64,000 bases of DNA, taken from positions 9,766 through 73,765 of the forward strand of contig JAZKYZ010000023.1 of assembly GCA_045612385.1 (NCBI GenBank). Reading direction: 5' to 3'. The translations under genes and the position numbers were made by a program. Position 1 is the first letter of the stretch; every line of letters starts with the position of its first letter. Under the pieces are notes generated by a model. That model was not told the DNA's origin, did not search any database, and was given only the letters and a program-made list of their open reading frames with translations. The stretch comes from Eubacteriales bacterium (GTDB lineage Bacteria > Bacillota > Clostridia > Oscillospirales > CAG-272). Positions 17,147 through 27,915 of this stretch are shown here, piece after piece.

Positions 17147-17785
17147 ATGAAAATTGCATTGATTAACGAAAACAGCCAAGCGGCAAAGAACGCTATCATT
17201 GAGGCGACCCTTAAGAAAGTAGTTGAACCACTCGGTCACGAGGTGTTTAACTATGGTATGTACTCTGCAGAGGACAAAAATCAACTTACCTATGTGCAAA
17301 TCGGTATTTTGAGCGCTGTTCTTCTGAACAGTGGCGCGTGCGACCTTGTTATCACAGGTTGTGGTACCGGAGAGGGCGCAATGCTTGCTGCAAACGCATT
17401 CCCTGGTGTGCTTTGTGGTCACGTGGTCGACCCCACCGACGCATACCAGTTCACTCAGGTAAACAACGGTAACTGCATCTCTCTTCCCTTTGCGAAGGGC
17501 TGGGGCTGGGGCGCAGAGCTCAACCTTCAGTATGTCTTTGAAAAGCTTTTTGTAGAAGAATGGGGACAGGGCTATCCTCGTGAAAGAGCCGTTCCTGAAC
17601 AGAGAAATAAGAGAATTCTTGACGAGGTAAAAAAGGTTACGCACAATGACCTTTGCTACATTCTTGAAAACCTCGACCGTGAGCTTGTTCTCGGAGCGCT
17701 TGCAGGCGAAAAGTTCCAAGAGTACTTCTTCGCGAACGCGAGTGACGAGAGAATTGTTGCTTGCGTAAAGGCTCTTCTTGCATAA
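17147..17785 (+). CDS. RpiB/LacA/LacB-family sugar-phosphate isomerase with a C-terminal extension
   Basis: MKIALINE...DLVITGCGTGEGAMLAANAFPGVLCGHV resembles the RpiB family. About 70 extra C-terminal residues. Confidence 0.65.
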   Translation: MKIALINENSQAAKNAIIEATLKKVVEPLGHEVFNYGMYSAEDKNQLTYVQIGILSAVLLNSGACDLVITGCGTGEGAMLAANAFPGVLCGHVVDPTDAYQFTQVNNGNCISLPFAKGWGWGAELNLQYVFEKLFVEEWGQGYPRERAVPEQRNKRILDEVKKVTHNDLCYILENLDRELVLGALAGEKFQEYFFANASDERIVACVKALLA

Positions 17786-17796
17786 AATTACTTTCA

Positions 17797-17832
17797 GAAA
17801 ACGAACTGTATTTGGCAGTTCGTTTTCCTTTT
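17797..17832 (+). terminator. Terminator after the rpiB-like gene
   Basis: aacgaactg / cagttcgtt stem followed by ttcctttt. Confidence 0.65.
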
Positions 17833-17889
17833 ATAACAGTTTCTTTGCATAATACGTAAACAATTATTAACATTTTGGGGTAAAAATAT

Positions 17890-18882
17890 ATGCAATTTCT
17901 TTATTTTCTTGAAAAAATACGAAATCCCGTCTTAGACTTTTTTATGTCTGCCATCACCTTTGTCGGTGGCGAAGCGGTCTTTCTTGCGATTGCGATTGTC
18001 CTGATTTGGTGTACGGAAAAACGGTATGGATACTTTACGCTTCTGACCTGCTTTTTCGGCACGATTTTAAATCAGGTATTGAAACTCACCTTTCGCATTC
18101 CTCGTCCTTGGGTAAAGGACCCCGATTTTACGATTGTCGAATCGGCGAGAGAGGAAGCGACGGGCTATTCCTTCCCATCGGGACATACGCAGAATGTTAC
18201 GGGCACATTCACCTCCTTCGCCCTTGCCAAGCAGAAAAAGGGCAGGATCATTTTTTGCGTCACCATCATTCTATTGGTTTCCTTTTCTCGTATGTATCTC
18301 GGTGTGCATACGCCTTTGGATGTTGGCGTTTCCCTTGTGTTGGGCGTTCTGATTTCCGCACTGCTTTATCCCTGCTTTAAGACAGAGGAGAGAATGGAAA
18401 AGGCAATGCCGTATATCTTATCGCTCACTGCCATATGCTCCATCGCATTTATGCTCTTTGCCTTTCTCCTTCCCGAAGAAGGACTCGACCCACACAATCT
18501 GGAGAGTGGTCGCAAAAATGCCTGCACAATGCTTGGTTGCGTGATAGGACTTTTCCCGGTCTACCTCCTTGACCGAAAGTATATCCACTATTCGACAGGG
18601 GCTCGCTGGTATGCGCAAGTGATTAAAGTCGTCGTTGGCTTTGGCATAGTTCTGCTGATTAAATCTACTCTGCAAACACCTCTTGAATGGATTTTTGGTG
18701 GAAGTATGTATATTGCTCGCACCGTGAGATATCTTCTCATCGTCTTATTTGCCGGTCTGCTTTGGCCTCTCACCTTCCGTAAATTTGCCTCTCTTGAAAT
18801 CCCGGTGCTTGATCGGTTTGGAGAGCGTGTTGTGGCATTCTTTTCTCGCATTTTTCGTTTGAATACAAACAAATTGCAATAA
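17890..18882 (+). CDS. PAP2-family membrane phosphatase
   Basis: Acid-phosphatase motifs KLTFRIPRP, FPSGHT and SRMYLGVHTPLD. Multiple TM helices. Confidence 0.8.
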   Translation: MQFLYFLEKIRNPVLDFFMSAITFVGGEAVFLAIAIVLIWCTEKRYGYFTLLTCFFGTILNQVLKLTFRIPRPWVKDPDFTIVESAREEATGYSFPSGHTQNVTGTFTSFALAKQKKGRIIFCVTIILLVSFSRMYLGVHTPLDVGVSLVLGVLISALLYPCFKTEERMEKAMPYILSLTAICSIAFMLFAFLLPEEGLDPHNLESGRKNACTMLGCVIGLFPVYLLDRKYIHYSTGARWYAQVIKVVVGFGIVLLIKSTLQTPLEWIFGGSMYIARTVRYLLIVLFAGLLWPLTFRKFASLEIPVLDRFGERVVAFFSRIFRLNTNKLQ

Positions 18883-18895
18883 TTTTTAAAATCTA

Positions 18896-18924
18896 TTTAC
18901 TTTTTCAAATCTTTATGCTATAAT
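18896..18924 (+). promoter_or_regulatory. Sigma-A type promoter for nrdR and downstream genes
   Basis: TTTACT, 17 nt, TATAAT, with a TGc extended -10. Confidence 0.45.
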
Positions 18925-18965
18925 ATTTAGATGAAATAAGAAAACGTGCTTGGAGAAAACGAAAA

Positions 18966-19454
18966 ATGAAATGCCCTGTCTGTGGTTCGAGGGATTCTCG
19001 CGTGCTTGACTCACGCCCCGTCGAGGACGATACCAGCATTAAGCGCCGTCGCGAATGCCCGACTTGCGGTAAGCGCTTTACCACCTATGAAGTTATTGAT
19101 ACTGTTTCTGTTACGGTAATCAAGAAAAATGGAAGTCGGGAATTTTTTGATAAGCATAAGCTGATGGTCGGCATTGAGCGCGCGTGCCAGAAGCGCCCCG
19201 TTGACCCACAGGAAATTGCCTCGTCGATTGAACAGGAATTGCAGAATTCAATTTTGACGGAAATCAGTTCCGTTGATATTGGTGAGATGGTATTGACACG
19301 CTTGCGTGAAAAGGATATTGTTTCATACATTCGCTTTGCTTCGGTTTACCGTGAGTTTCAGGACATTGACTCCTTTATGGAAGAAATACGCACCTTGAGC
19401 CGACGTGCTCGTCGTCAAGCGAAAAAAGAAGGGGAGGGTGAAGAGAATGATTAA
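18966..19454 (+). CDS. nrdR: Transcriptional repressor NrdR
   Basis: MKCPVCGSRDSRVLDSRP...CPTCGKRFTTYE zinc ribbon plus an ATP-cone. The C-terminal tail is acidic/basic. Confidence 0.9.
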   Translation: MKCPVCGSRDSRVLDSRPVEDDTSIKRRRECPTCGKRFTTYEVIDTVSVTVIKKNGSREFFDKHKLMVGIERACQKRPVDPQEIASSIEQELQNSILTEISSVDIGEMVLTRLREKDIVSYIRFASVYREFQDIDSFMEEIRTLSRRARRQAKKEGEGEEND

Positions 19455-20334
19455 GAGTATGACTGCCTTTGGCAGAGCAAAGATCGAGGGCGAAGTTTTT
19501 GATATTACTGTTGAGATGCGTTCGGTAAACTCTCGCTTCCTTGACCCGAATATCAAGCTCCCTCGCGCTTATATCTTCTTGGAGGATAGACTTCGCACCT
19601 ATATACAGACGAATATGACCACACGTGGTAAGGTCGACCTTTTTGTTACGGTGGACCGTCACGGTAACGCTGAGGGCGCTCCCGTTGTGGATGTAGAATA
19701 CACCCGAGCATATCTGGAGGCGCTCGCTTCTCTTCGTGATACTTTTGGTCTTGCAGACGATATCAGCGTGATGAGCGTTTCTCGCAATCCTGAGGTTTTT
19801 TCGACCAAGAAAAAGGAAGAGGATCTGGAAGAGGTCTATGCGACCCTTCTCCCCGCCTTGAATATGGCGTGTGAGGGGTACTGCGCAATGCGTTTGTCTG
19901 AGGGGCGACGGATTGAAAACGACCTGCTGGAAAAGCTTGCGCATTTGAAGGAACTTGTGTGTGAGGTTGAGAGAATTTCACACGAGGACACTGTCGGCTA
20001 CCGAGATAAGTTGGAGAGCCGTATTCGTGCGATTTTAGAGGAGTATGAGGTAAGTGTGGACGAAAATCGCCTGCTCACTGAATGCGCTATTTGGCAAGAC
20101 AAAATCGCCATTGATGAAGAAATTGTCCGTCTGCGCTCTCACTTTGATGCCTTCTTTGAGATTGTCGCCCTGCCCGAGCCTTCGGGAAGAAAACTCGACT
20201 TTTTGATGCAGGAGATGAACCGTGAGACCAATACCATTGGCTCAAAAGCGAATAATGCGCGCATTGCTCGTATCGTTGTGGATATGAAGGGCGAGCTCGA
20301 AAAAATGCGTGAGCAGATTCAGAATGTAGAGTGA
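19447..20334 (+). CDS. yicC: YicC-family stress-induced protein
   Basis: [11 protein letters not shown]...[12 protein letters not shown]-terminus and a C-terminal [14 protein letters not shown] motif. The start overlaps the nrdR stop. Confidence 0.85.
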   Translation: MIKSMTAFGRAKIEGEVFDITVEMRSVNSRFLDPNIKLPRAYIFLEDRLRTYIQTNMTTRGKVDLFVTVDRHGNAEGAPVVDVEYTRAYLEALASLRDTFGLADDISVMSVSRNPEVFSTKKKEEDLEEVYATLLPALNMACEGYCAMRLSEGRRIENDLLEKLAHLKELVCEVERISHEDTVGYRDKLESRIRAILEEYEVSVDENRLLTECAIWQDKIAIDEEIVRLRSHFDAFFEIVALPEPSGRKLDFLMQEMNRETNTIGSKANNARIARIVVDMKGELEKMREQIQNVE

Positions 20335-20344
20335 GGTGACGAGT

Positions 20345-20602
20345 ATGAAATTTATCAATATCGGATTTGGAAACCTTGTCAGCGCCTCGCGCATTGTTGC
20401 GATTGCCAGCCCCGATTCTGCCCCTGTCAAGCGTCTGGTACAGGATGCAAAAGAGGAGGGAAGAATTATTGACGTATCGTGTGGACGTCGCACGCGCGCC
20501 GTAATTATCACCGATTCCGACCACGTCATTCTCTCGGCAATTCAGACAGAAACCATATCCAATCGCCTTGCCCTCGACCTCGTTGAGGATGAAGAAGAAT
20601 AA
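20345..20602 (+). CDS. remA: RemA/DUF370 family regulator
   Basis: [67 protein letters not shown]. Confidence 0.85.
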   Translation: MKFINIGFGNLVSASRIVAIASPDSAPVKRLVQDAKEEGRIIDVSCGRRTRAVIITDSDHVILSAIQTETISNRLALDLVEDEEE

Positions 20603-20625
20603 TATTAAAATTTGGAGATATAAAA

Positions 20626-20886
20626 ATGATTTACCCTACCATTGATGAACTTACCAAAGGAAAACTCAATCGTTACGAGCTTGTTGTCGGCGTTTCTAAA
20701 GCTGCTCGTATCGTAACAGATGAGTACGTTGCGCAGAGAACTCGCGCGCAGAAAATGATTGACAACCGTGAGACCGATAAGCCCCTCAGCGCCTTGATCG
20801 ACCCCGAATACAAGGACCAGAAGGCGGTTAAAATCGCTATCTCAAAAATTATTGGTGGAAGATTTGAACTTCGCCGTCCCGAGTAA
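20626..20886 (+). CDS. rpoZ: DNA-directed RNA polymerase subunit omega
   Basis: MIYPTIDELTKGKLNRYELVVGVSKAARIV matches the omega N-terminal helix pattern. It sits between remA and priA. Confidence 0.75.
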   Translation: MIYPTIDELTKGKLNRYELVVGVSKAARIVTDEYVAQRTRAQKMIDNRETDKPLSALIDPEYKDQKAVKIAISKIIGGRFELRRPE

Positions 20887-20920
20887 ATAAAAGCGTAAAA
20901 CGAAGAATGGAGGTGTGGGT

Positions 20921-23173
20921 GTGTTTGTAAAGGTTTATATTTTAGATGCCCCCTACGCCATTGACAACGTCTTTGATTATGAATGCCCAGAGGAATTGTT
21001 ACCGAAGGTAACGAAGGGCGTTTTCGTCAAGGTTCCTTTCGGAAAGGCAAACAAATTGCGCGTTGGCATTGTCACCTCCCTTCAACAGAACAGTGAAAGT
21101 GAAAAGACGAAGCCTGTGCATTCGGTCATTGCTGACCACTTCTCCTTGAATGAGGAAATGCTCGGGCTTTGTTTCTTTATGAAGCAATACACGCTTTGCA
21201 CCTATGGAGAAGCAGTGCGTACCGTCTTACCACCAGGAGCCTTGCAGGAATTACCCAACATTCGTTATCGAAAGATATACACTCTTGCCGTCCCAGAGGA
21301 GGAGGCGCAGGAGATTCTGGATGCCACAGGAAGAAAGGGCATACGTAGCGAAGGGCAAAGACAGGCGCTTTCCTATCTGATTCGTACGGAAACGGCAGAC
21401 GCTTCCTTGCTCTGCGAGCTTCCCTCCGTAGACAGCACTCACCTCGCCGCGCTCGTCAAGCGAGGACTTGTTTCTCTTACGACAGAGGAGGAATATCGGA
21501 ATCCTTATTCACAGTACGCGACAGCGCAGGATAAGACTCCCATTGTCCTATCGGATGCGCAGATGCGAGCGTTTTCGGAGATTGACGGAAAACTAACTTC
21601 AAATAAGCCCGAAGCCGTCCTTCTTTACGGTGTCACAGGAAGTGGTAAAACGCAGGTAATGATGCGTTCGATTGACCGTACATTGGAACTTGGGAAAACC
21701 GTAATTATGCTTGTGCCGGAAATTGCTCTCACGCCACAAACGGTGCAAATTTTCTGCCGTCGTTATGGCACACGTGTCGCTGTTATTCATTCGTCGCTTT
21801 CCCAGGGCGAGCGTTGCGACGCTTATCGTAGAATCCGAGATGGAATGGTCGATCTTGTCATAGGTACGCGCTCGGCGATTTTTGCGCCCTTGAAAAATCT
21901 CGGTTTGATTATTATTGACGAAGAGCACGAGCATACCTATAAATCGGAATCTGACCCTAAATACCACGCGCGCGATATTGCTTCATATCGTGTGGGCGAA
22001 AACAATGCGACACTGCTTCTCGCTTCTGCGACCCCCTCGATTGAGAGTTTTTATAAGGCGAAATGTGGGAAATATACGCTTGTTGCTCTGCGTGAGCGTT
22101 ATGGTGGTTTTTCCCTGCCAGAAGCCAAAATCGTTGATATGCGAGAGGAACTCCGTATGGGAAACACCTCGCCGATCAGCCAAACCCTTTTAGATGCTTT
22201 GGAAGATGTGTATGAAGCAGATGAACAGGCAATTCTCTTTTTGAATCGTCGTGGATTTCATAGCCAAATCAGTTGTAAGAGCTGTGGTGATGTCATTACC
22301 TGTCCACGTTGCTCGGTCTCCCTGACCTACCATTCCAGTGGGGATGGGGGCGTGCTTATGTGCCATCTTTGTGGTTTTCGTGACCGTACCCCTCGCGTCT
22401 GCCCCTCTTGTAGTGGAGAAAATCTATCTTTTCTTGGCTTTGGAACACAGAGAGTGGAAAGCGAGCTGATTAAATATGTGCCTGATCTCCCTGTGATGCG
22501 TATGGATGCCGACACGACAGGACAAAAACTGGCGTATGACCGTATGCTGGATGATTTTCGCGCAGAAAAAGCGCGCATTCTTCTCGGCACGCAAATGGTG
22601 ACGAAGGGACACGATTTTCCACGTGTTACCCTCGTAGGCGTTGTGCTTGCCGATACCTCGCTTTATGTCAGTGATTTTCGCGCCAGCGAGAGAACCTTTT
22701 CTCTGTTGACACAGGTCATTGGCAGAGCAGGCAGAGCGAAGGAGGGTGGTGTCGCCGTCATACAGACCTATTCTCCACAAAACGAGATTATACGTCTTGC
22801 TTGCCTTCAGGATTATGACCGTTTTTATGAAGGCGAAATTGCAATGCGTAAATCGCTGACCTATCCCCCCTTCTGCGATATGGTAGCGCTCACGCTGACG
22901 GGCAGTGACGAAACCGAACTTCTCAAAGAGAGTAATGCGCTCTCCCTTTTTGCGAAGGAGAAGATGACAAAGGAATATTCTGACGTTCCTATGATTGCCT
23001 TCGGCCCCTTTGAAGCACAGGTGTATAAGTTAAATGAAAAATATCGTATGCGTATGGTCGTCAAATGCAGGCTGAACGCAAGATCTCGCGCCTTTTTCCA
23101 CGAACTTCTCTTAGAGTATTCAAAGCATAGAGGTGTCACCCTTGCGATTGACCTCAATCCCTTAACGGTATAA
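20921..23173 (+). CDS. priA: Primosomal protein N' (replication restart helicase PriA)
   Basis: Walker A GVTGSGKT. IIDEEH box. Cys-rich zinc region CKSCGDVITCPRCSVSLTYH...CHLCG...CPSC. The GTG at 20921 sits 7 nt after GGAGG. The ORF-track start at 20915 is only 1 nt from the RBS. Confidence 0.9.
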   Translation: MFVKVYILDAPYAIDNVFDYECPEELLPKVTKGVFVKVPFGKANKLRVGIVTSLQQNSESEKTKPVHSVIADHFSLNEEMLGLCFFMKQYTLCTYGEAVRTVLPPGALQELPNIRYRKIYTLAVPEEEAQEILDATGRKGIRSEGQRQALSYLIRTETADASLLCELPSVDSTHLAALVKRGLVSLTTEEEYRNPYSQYATAQDKTPIVLSDAQMRAFSEIDGKLTSNKPEAVLLYGVTGSGKTQVMMRSIDRTLELGKTVIMLVPEIALTPQTVQIFCRRYGTRVAVIHSSLSQGERCDAYRRIRDGMVDLVIGTRSAIFAPLKNLGLIIIDEEHEHTYKSESDPKYHARDIASYRVGENNATLLLASATPSIESFYKAKCGKYTLVALRERYGGFSLPEAKIVDMREELRMGNTSPISQTLLDALEDVYEADEQAILFLNRRGFHSQISCKSCGDVITCPRCSVSLTYHSSGDGGVLMCHLCGFRDRTPRVCPSCSGENLSFLGFGTQRVESELIKYVPDLPVMRMDADTTGQKLAYDRMLDDFRAEKARILLGTQMVTKGHDFPRVTLVGVVLADTSLYVSDFRASERTFSLLTQVIGRAGRAKEGGVAVIQTYSPQNEIIRLACLQDYDRFYEGEIAMRKSLTYPPFCDMVALTLTGSDETELLKESNALSLFAKEKMTKEYSDVPMIAFGPFEAQVYKLNEKYRMRMVVKCRLNARSRAFFHELLLEYSKHRGVTLAIDLNPLTV

Positions 23174-23226
23174 TATAAAAATTCACATAAAAGAAAAAGC
23201 CCGAATGTCGGGCGAAAGGATAAAAA

Positions 23227-23700
23227 ATGGCTATTTTGAACATCATTGAAGAGGGCGATCCCCTTCTTCGTAAAACCAGCAGACCTGTCGAGGAAATCAC
23301 TCCTCGTATCATCACGTTACTTGACGATATGATTGATACAATGCGTAAAGCAGACGGTTGTGGCCTCGCCGCCGTACAGGTCGGCGTGCTTCGTCGCATC
23401 TGTGTGATTGAGACCGAGCCCGGCACAGTGTATGAACTCATTAACCCGAAAATTATCGCCTTTTCCGGTCATCAGGAAAATCCCGAAGGCTGTCTTAGCG
23501 TTCCGGGAAAAGCGAGCATCACCAATCGCCCAATGCACGTTACCGTGCGCGCGACCAATCGCAAGGGTGAGGTGTATGACCTGACAGGCTCCGAACTTCT
23601 TGCTCGTTGCATCTGCCACGAGGTTGACCATCTGGACGGTAAACTCTTCATTGATGAGGGCATTCATCTCCGTCCCTATGTGGAAAAGAAAAAGAAGTAA
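23227..23700 (+). CDS. def: Peptide deformylase
   Basis: Motifs GCGLAAVQVG, EGCLSVPG and HEVDHLDG. Confidence 0.95.
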   Translation: MAILNIIEEGDPLLRKTSRPVEEITPRIITLLDDMIDTMRKADGCGLAAVQVGVLRRICVIETEPGTVYELINPKIIAFSGHQENPEGCLSVPGKASITNRPMHVTVRATNRKGEVYDLTGSELLARCICHEVDHLDGKLFIDEGIHLRPYVEKKKK

Positions 23701-23765
23701 TTTTGATCAAGATTCACCAGAAAACGGCTTCGATTTAGATGAAGGAATGAGAAAGGATTGTACGG

Positions 23766-24704
23766 ATGAATACTCGTATTCTGTTTATGGGTACGCCAGA
23801 GATTGCGGCGACTGCCCTTTCCCGTCTGATTTTGGCAGGAAAAAATATCGTCGGTGTTCTCACACGCGAGGATAAACCACGTGGAAGGGGGCACAATATG
23901 ATGCCCACCCCTGTGAAAACTTTGGCTTTGGAGCACGGCATTCCTGTCTATGAGCCAAAGACACTTCGTGATGAAGCATTCGCTACCCTTCTTGCCGAAA
24001 TAGATCCGGAACTCATTATTGTGGTTGCTTATGGCAAAATTTTGCCCAAAAATGTTCTCGATTATCCTCGTCTTGGAGCGCTCAATGCCCACGTATCTCT
24101 CTTGCCGAAATATCGTGGTGCTGCCCCAATGCAAAGAGCCGTGATGAATGGTGAGAGCGAAACCGGTGTTACGGTTATGTATATGGCAGAGGGACTGGAC
24201 ACAGGGGATATTATGCTCGCCGAAGCCTTCCCGATCGGTGAGGATGACGATTTTGAAACGGTTCACGACACCTCTGCGCGCATCAGTGGCGAGTTGTTGC
24301 TCTCTGCGATCACCCTGCTGGAGGAAGGAAGAGCGCCACGCATTCCACAGGAGGATGCGAAAGCCTCTTATGCCGAAAAAATCGAAAAAGAGGACTGCCA
24401 TATCGACTTCACCCTACCGGCAAAGGTGGTGAGTGCCAGAGTTCGTGGCGTCACGCCGATTCCTATGGCATTTGCCTATCAGGAGGGAAAGATGCTCAAA
24501 CTCTTCCACCCTACCGTTACCGAAGGAAAAGGAGCGCCTGGCGAAGTCATCTTTACGGATGGTAAGGGCGAGGGCTCCATTACCATTGCTTGTGGCGAGG
24601 GGGCTGTTCGCTTTCTCGGCGTCATTCCCGAAGGAAAGGGAAGAATGAGCGCAGGGGATTATGTTCGTGGAAGAAAAATCAATGTAGGAGATGTTCTGAA
24701 ATAA
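23766..24704 (+). CDS. fmt: Methionyl-tRNA formyltransferase
   Basis: ILFMGTPEIA N-terminus, NAHVSLLPKYRGAAPMQRA motif, and a position directly after def. Confidence 0.95.
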   Translation: MNTRILFMGTPEIAATALSRLILAGKNIVGVLTREDKPRGRGHNMMPTPVKTLALEHGIPVYEPKTLRDEAFATLLAEIDPELIIVVAYGKILPKNVLDYPRLGALNAHVSLLPKYRGAAPMQRAVMNGESETGVTVMYMAEGLDTGDIMLAEAFPIGEDDDFETVHDTSARISGELLLSAITLLEEGRAPRIPQEDAKASYAEKIEKEDCHIDFTLPAKVVSARVRGVTPIPMAFAYQEGKMLKLFHPTVTEGKGAPGEVIFTDGKGEGSITIACGEGAVRFLGVIPEGKGRMSAGDYVRGRKINVGDVLK

Positions 24705-25423
24705 TGGAATTTACCTTATATATTGCAGTTTGCCTTGCCTTACTGCTATCTCTTTTTGCGCAGATTTATGTTTCGTCTACCTTTCGTCGCTACTCTCGTG
24801 TGGCATCCTTTAGTGGGCAACGCGCAGAGGATGTGGCGCGATATGTGCTGGATGAGGCAGGATGTCAGGATGTTACGATTGAGCGTACACGTGGAAGCCT
24901 GACTGACCACTATGACCCTCGTACGAGAACGCTTCGCCTCTCCGATTCGACCTATGGCAATGCCTCGTCGGCTGCTGTCGGCGTTGCCTGTCACGAGGCA
25001 GGACACGCCATTCAACATCAAAAGCAGTACTTTCCTCTTAAGGTGCGTTCGGCGCTTGTTCCAGTGACGAATTTCGTTTCTCGCTTCTGGTCTGTTTTCA
25101 TCATTATCGGAATGGCGTTCCTTCTGTTTGTTCCCGAAACCACATTGCCGGGCGCCTTTTCGTTTGGACAGATGTTCTTGCTTGGTGGTATCGCTGTATT
25201 CAGTGTTAACACACTTTTTCAGTTGATAACACTCCCTTGTGAGTTTGATGCCTCAAGACGCGCCCTTCGCGCAATGCGCGCGACAGGTTATTTTGAAAGA
25301 GGCGAAATCGCCACAGCGAAAAAGGTGCTCTCTGCTGCGGCAATGACTTATATCGCAGCTGCTTTGGTGTCTATTCTCCACCTCATCCGTTTGATTACAA
25401 TTTTCCGTCGTAGCAGAAGATGA
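24704..25423 (+). CDS. Membrane zinc metallopeptidase (HExxH)
   Basis: The start at 24704 overlaps the fmt stop by 1 nt (TAATG). HEAGHAIQH motif. N- and C-terminal TM helices. Confidence 0.8.
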   Translation: MEFTLYIAVCLALLLSLFAQIYVSSTFRRYSRVASFSGQRAEDVARYVLDEAGCQDVTIERTRGSLTDHYDPRTRTLRLSDSTYGNASSAAVGVACHEAGHAIQHQKQYFPLKVRSALVPVTNFVSRFWSVFIIIGMAFLLFVPETTLPGAFSFGQMFLLGGIAVFSVNTLFQLITLPCEFDASRRALRAMRATGYFERGEIATAKKVLSAAAMTYIAAALVSILHLIRLITIFRRSRR

Positions 25424-26739
25424 ATATTCGTAAAATTGCACTTAAACTTCTGTCAGAACACGAAGAAAACGGTACTTTTGCAAACCTTGCTTTGCAAAAT
25501 CATCTGACAGACAGCCTATCCTTTGAAGAAAAGGCATTTCTTACGGCATTGTTTTATACAACAGTCGAGAGAAAAATAACTTTAGATTATATGATTGGCG
25601 CCTTATCGAAGAGAGGACTGAATAGCGTTGATACGTACACGAAAAACCTCCTTCGTATCGGACTTTGCCAAGTACTTTATATGTCGAATATCCCACAGTT
25701 TGCCGCCGTCAATGAAACGGTAAAACTCGGGCGACACGAGGGTGAGCGTCGTTTTGTGAACTTTGTTTTGCGTGAGGCACTGCGAAGAAAAGATGACCTC
25801 CCATATCCGGAGCGTGAAAGAAATGTTGCGCGATATTTCAGTATTTTCTATTCCTGTCCTTTGTGGATTGTGAAGGAATTGATTTCCCTGTTGGGGGTAG
25901 AGGATGCTGAGAAATATCTTTGCACGATCAATACCGAGCCACCACTGACGCTTGCTGTGAATCTGAGGAAGATTTCTCGCGAGAACTTTATAGAACTTCT
26001 TAAAAATCAAGGAATTGAGGCATTTCCGTGTCTGCTTTCGGAGGCTGGAATTCGCCTTGTGGGTAAGTATCGGCCGACCTCTATTGTCGGTTTTGATGAG
26101 GGGTTGTTTTTCGTTCAGGACGAGGCTTCACAGTTGGTCTCCCAAATTCTTGCGCCGACAGAGGGAGATACCATTGTGGATGTCTGCGCGTGTCCTGGTG
26201 GAAAATCCTTCTCGTGCGCCACTCGTATGGGGGACAGGGGAGAGATTGCTTCCTTCGACCTTCACGAGAGCAAACTTCCTTTGATTATAAAAGGGGCAGA
26301 GCGTCTTGGTCTTTCTTCCATTACTGCCGAAGTGTGTGATGCCACACAAGGAAAAGAGGCCTTGTTTGGTAAGGCAGACGGTGTCATATGTGACGTGCCT
26401 TGCTCTGGTCTTGGCGTTCTTTGGAAAAAGCCCGACCTCCGATATAAGAGCGAGGAGAGCATAAAGGAACTTGCCTCTTTGGGATTAGAAATACTCTCCC
26501 GAAGCGCATCCTACCTCAAGTCGGGAGGTACTCTTGTTTTCTCGACCTGTACCATTAGAAAGGAAGAAAATGAGGATGTCCTTTACGCCTTTTTGAAGGA
26601 GCATCCCGACTTCTCACTTGTCCCCTTTGCAGTGGGAGAGCGTGTTTGTCAGGAGGGAATTCTTCGTCTGTATCCACATACCGATAGTACGGATGGCTTC
26701 TTTATTGCAAAATTGCAGAAAACACATAAAAATACATAA
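25420..26739 (+). CDS. rsmB: 16S rRNA (cytosine967-C5)-methyltransferase
   Basis: NusB-like N-terminal domain. SAM-MTase motifs DVCACPGGKS, DVPCSGLG and FSTCTI. Confidence 0.9.
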   Translation: MNIRKIALKLLSEHEENGTFANLALQNHLTDSLSFEEKAFLTALFYTTVERKITLDYMIGALSKRGLNSVDTYTKNLLRIGLCQVLYMSNIPQFAAVNETVKLGRHEGERRFVNFVLREALRRKDDLPYPERERNVARYFSIFYSCPLWIVKELISLLGVEDAEKYLCTINTEPPLTLAVNLRKISRENFIELLKNQGIEAFPCLLSEAGIRLVGKYRPTSIVGFDEGLFFVQDEASQLVSQILAPTEGDTIVDVCACPGGKSFSCATRMGDRGEIASFDLHESKLPLIIKGAERLGLSSITAEVCDATQGKEALFGKADGVICDVPCSGLGVLWKKPDLRYKSEESIKELASLGLEILSRSASYLKSGGTLVFSTCTIRKEENEDVLYAFLKEHPDFSLVPFAVGERVCQEGILRLYPHTDSTDGFFIAKLQKTHKNT

Positions 26740-26772
26740 AAAGCACGACACGTGTCGGCTTTGGTGAACACA

Positions 26773-27813
26773 ATGATTGATTTATATTCTATGAGCCGTG
26801 AGGAGTTGGTTGCCTTCACTTTGGAAATGGGCGAAAGCAAATTCCGAGCAGGACAACTTGCCCTTTGGCTGAAAAGTGGAACGCCCATTGATGAGATGTC
26901 TAATCTCTCTTTGGCATTCCGAGAGAAACTGAAAGGCTGCGTGACTGATACGCTCCCGAAGGTTGAGCAAAAACTCATCTCCAAAATAGATGGCACAATC
27001 AAATATCTGTTTCGTCTGTATGATGGCGAATGCATTGAGAGTGTGTTTATGAGATATGAACACGGAAATACCCTTTGTATTTCCTCGCAGGTCGGATGCC
27101 GTATGGGATGCCGTTTCTGCGCCTCCACTCTCGCTGGCAGGGTAAGAAATCTGCTTCCCTCCGAGCTTCTTGGGCAGATTATCGCGGCAGAACGTGATAC
27201 AGGGGAACGTATCTCCAACGTGGTGATGATGGGAATTGGCGAGCCTCTTGATAACTACGATAATGTCATTCGTTTTCTGGAACTTGTCGGATCGCCCGAC
27301 AATCTGAATATTGGTTACCGTCATATCTCGCTTTCCACGTGTGGTGTCGTGCCTGGTATTCTGAAGCTTGCAGAGGAAAAATACCCTATCACACTCTCGA
27401 TCTCCCTGCACGCTACCACCGATGAGGGACGATCTGCCATTATGCCCGTCAACAACAAGTGGGGCATAGACGAACTTCTTTCTGCCTGCGTGACCTACTA
27501 CAAAGCGACGGGTAGACGTATCTCCTTTGAGTACACCTTAATTCGGGGACGTAACGATAGCATTGAAGAAGCAAAAGCGCTTGCTGCGCTCCTGAAGAAT
27601 GCCTTTCGCGATACAGGCGCGCCCATCCACGTGAACCTCATTCGTGTGAACGAGGTGGCTGAAACGGGAATGCGACAAGGAACACAGGATAGCGCCAATC
27701 GCTTTGCCGAGACATTGAATCGTCTTGGCGTGGTTGCGACGGTGCGCCGTAGACTTGGCAGTGATGTCAATGCTGCTTGTGGACAGCTTCGCCGTTCCAG
27801 CGCTAAAAAGTAA
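26773..27813 (+). CDS. rlmN: 23S rRNA (adenine2503-C2)-methyltransferase, radical SAM
   Basis: FRAGQLALW N-terminal motif and radical-SAM CRMGCRFC. The start is uncertain: ATG at 26773 or GTG at 26752. Confidence 0.9.
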   Translation: MIDLYSMSREELVAFTLEMGESKFRAGQLALWLKSGTPIDEMSNLSLAFREKLKGCVTDTLPKVEQKLISKIDGTIKYLFRLYDGECIESVFMRYEHGNTLCISSQVGCRMGCRFCASTLAGRVRNLLPSELLGQIIAAERDTGERISNVVMMGIGEPLDNYDNVIRFLELVGSPDNLNIGYRHISLSTCGVVPGILKLAEEKYPITLSISLHATTDEGRSAIMPVNNKWGIDELLSACVTYYKATGRRISFEYTLIRGRNDSIEEAKALAALLKNAFRDTGAPIHVNLIRVNEVAETGMRQGTQDSANRFAETLNRLGVVATVRRRLGSDVNAACGQLRRSSAKK

Positions 27814-27915
27814 TCACATATAACAAAAATAAGACAGATATGAAAACAATAGTTTGCATATTTGAGATATTTTCAGAAGATTAAAAAGCAAACTTTAAGA
27901 AAGCATAGAGTTAGA

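Noticed and set aside
15473-17719. A 748-codon ORF on the minus strand, spanning the mscL tail, an intergenic region, all of aspS and most of the rpiB-like gene.
   Set aside because: It is codon-aligned antisense to aspS and the rpiB-like gene. Both are in the same + frame (start coordinates leave remainder 2 on division by 3). Antisense stops in that frame arise only from sense TTA, CTA and TCA codons, which this genome's genes largely avoid. The translation is low-complexity and Cys/Arg/Phe-rich with no recognisable motifs. It also crosses a promoter and a terminator. It is a shadow ORF, not a gene.
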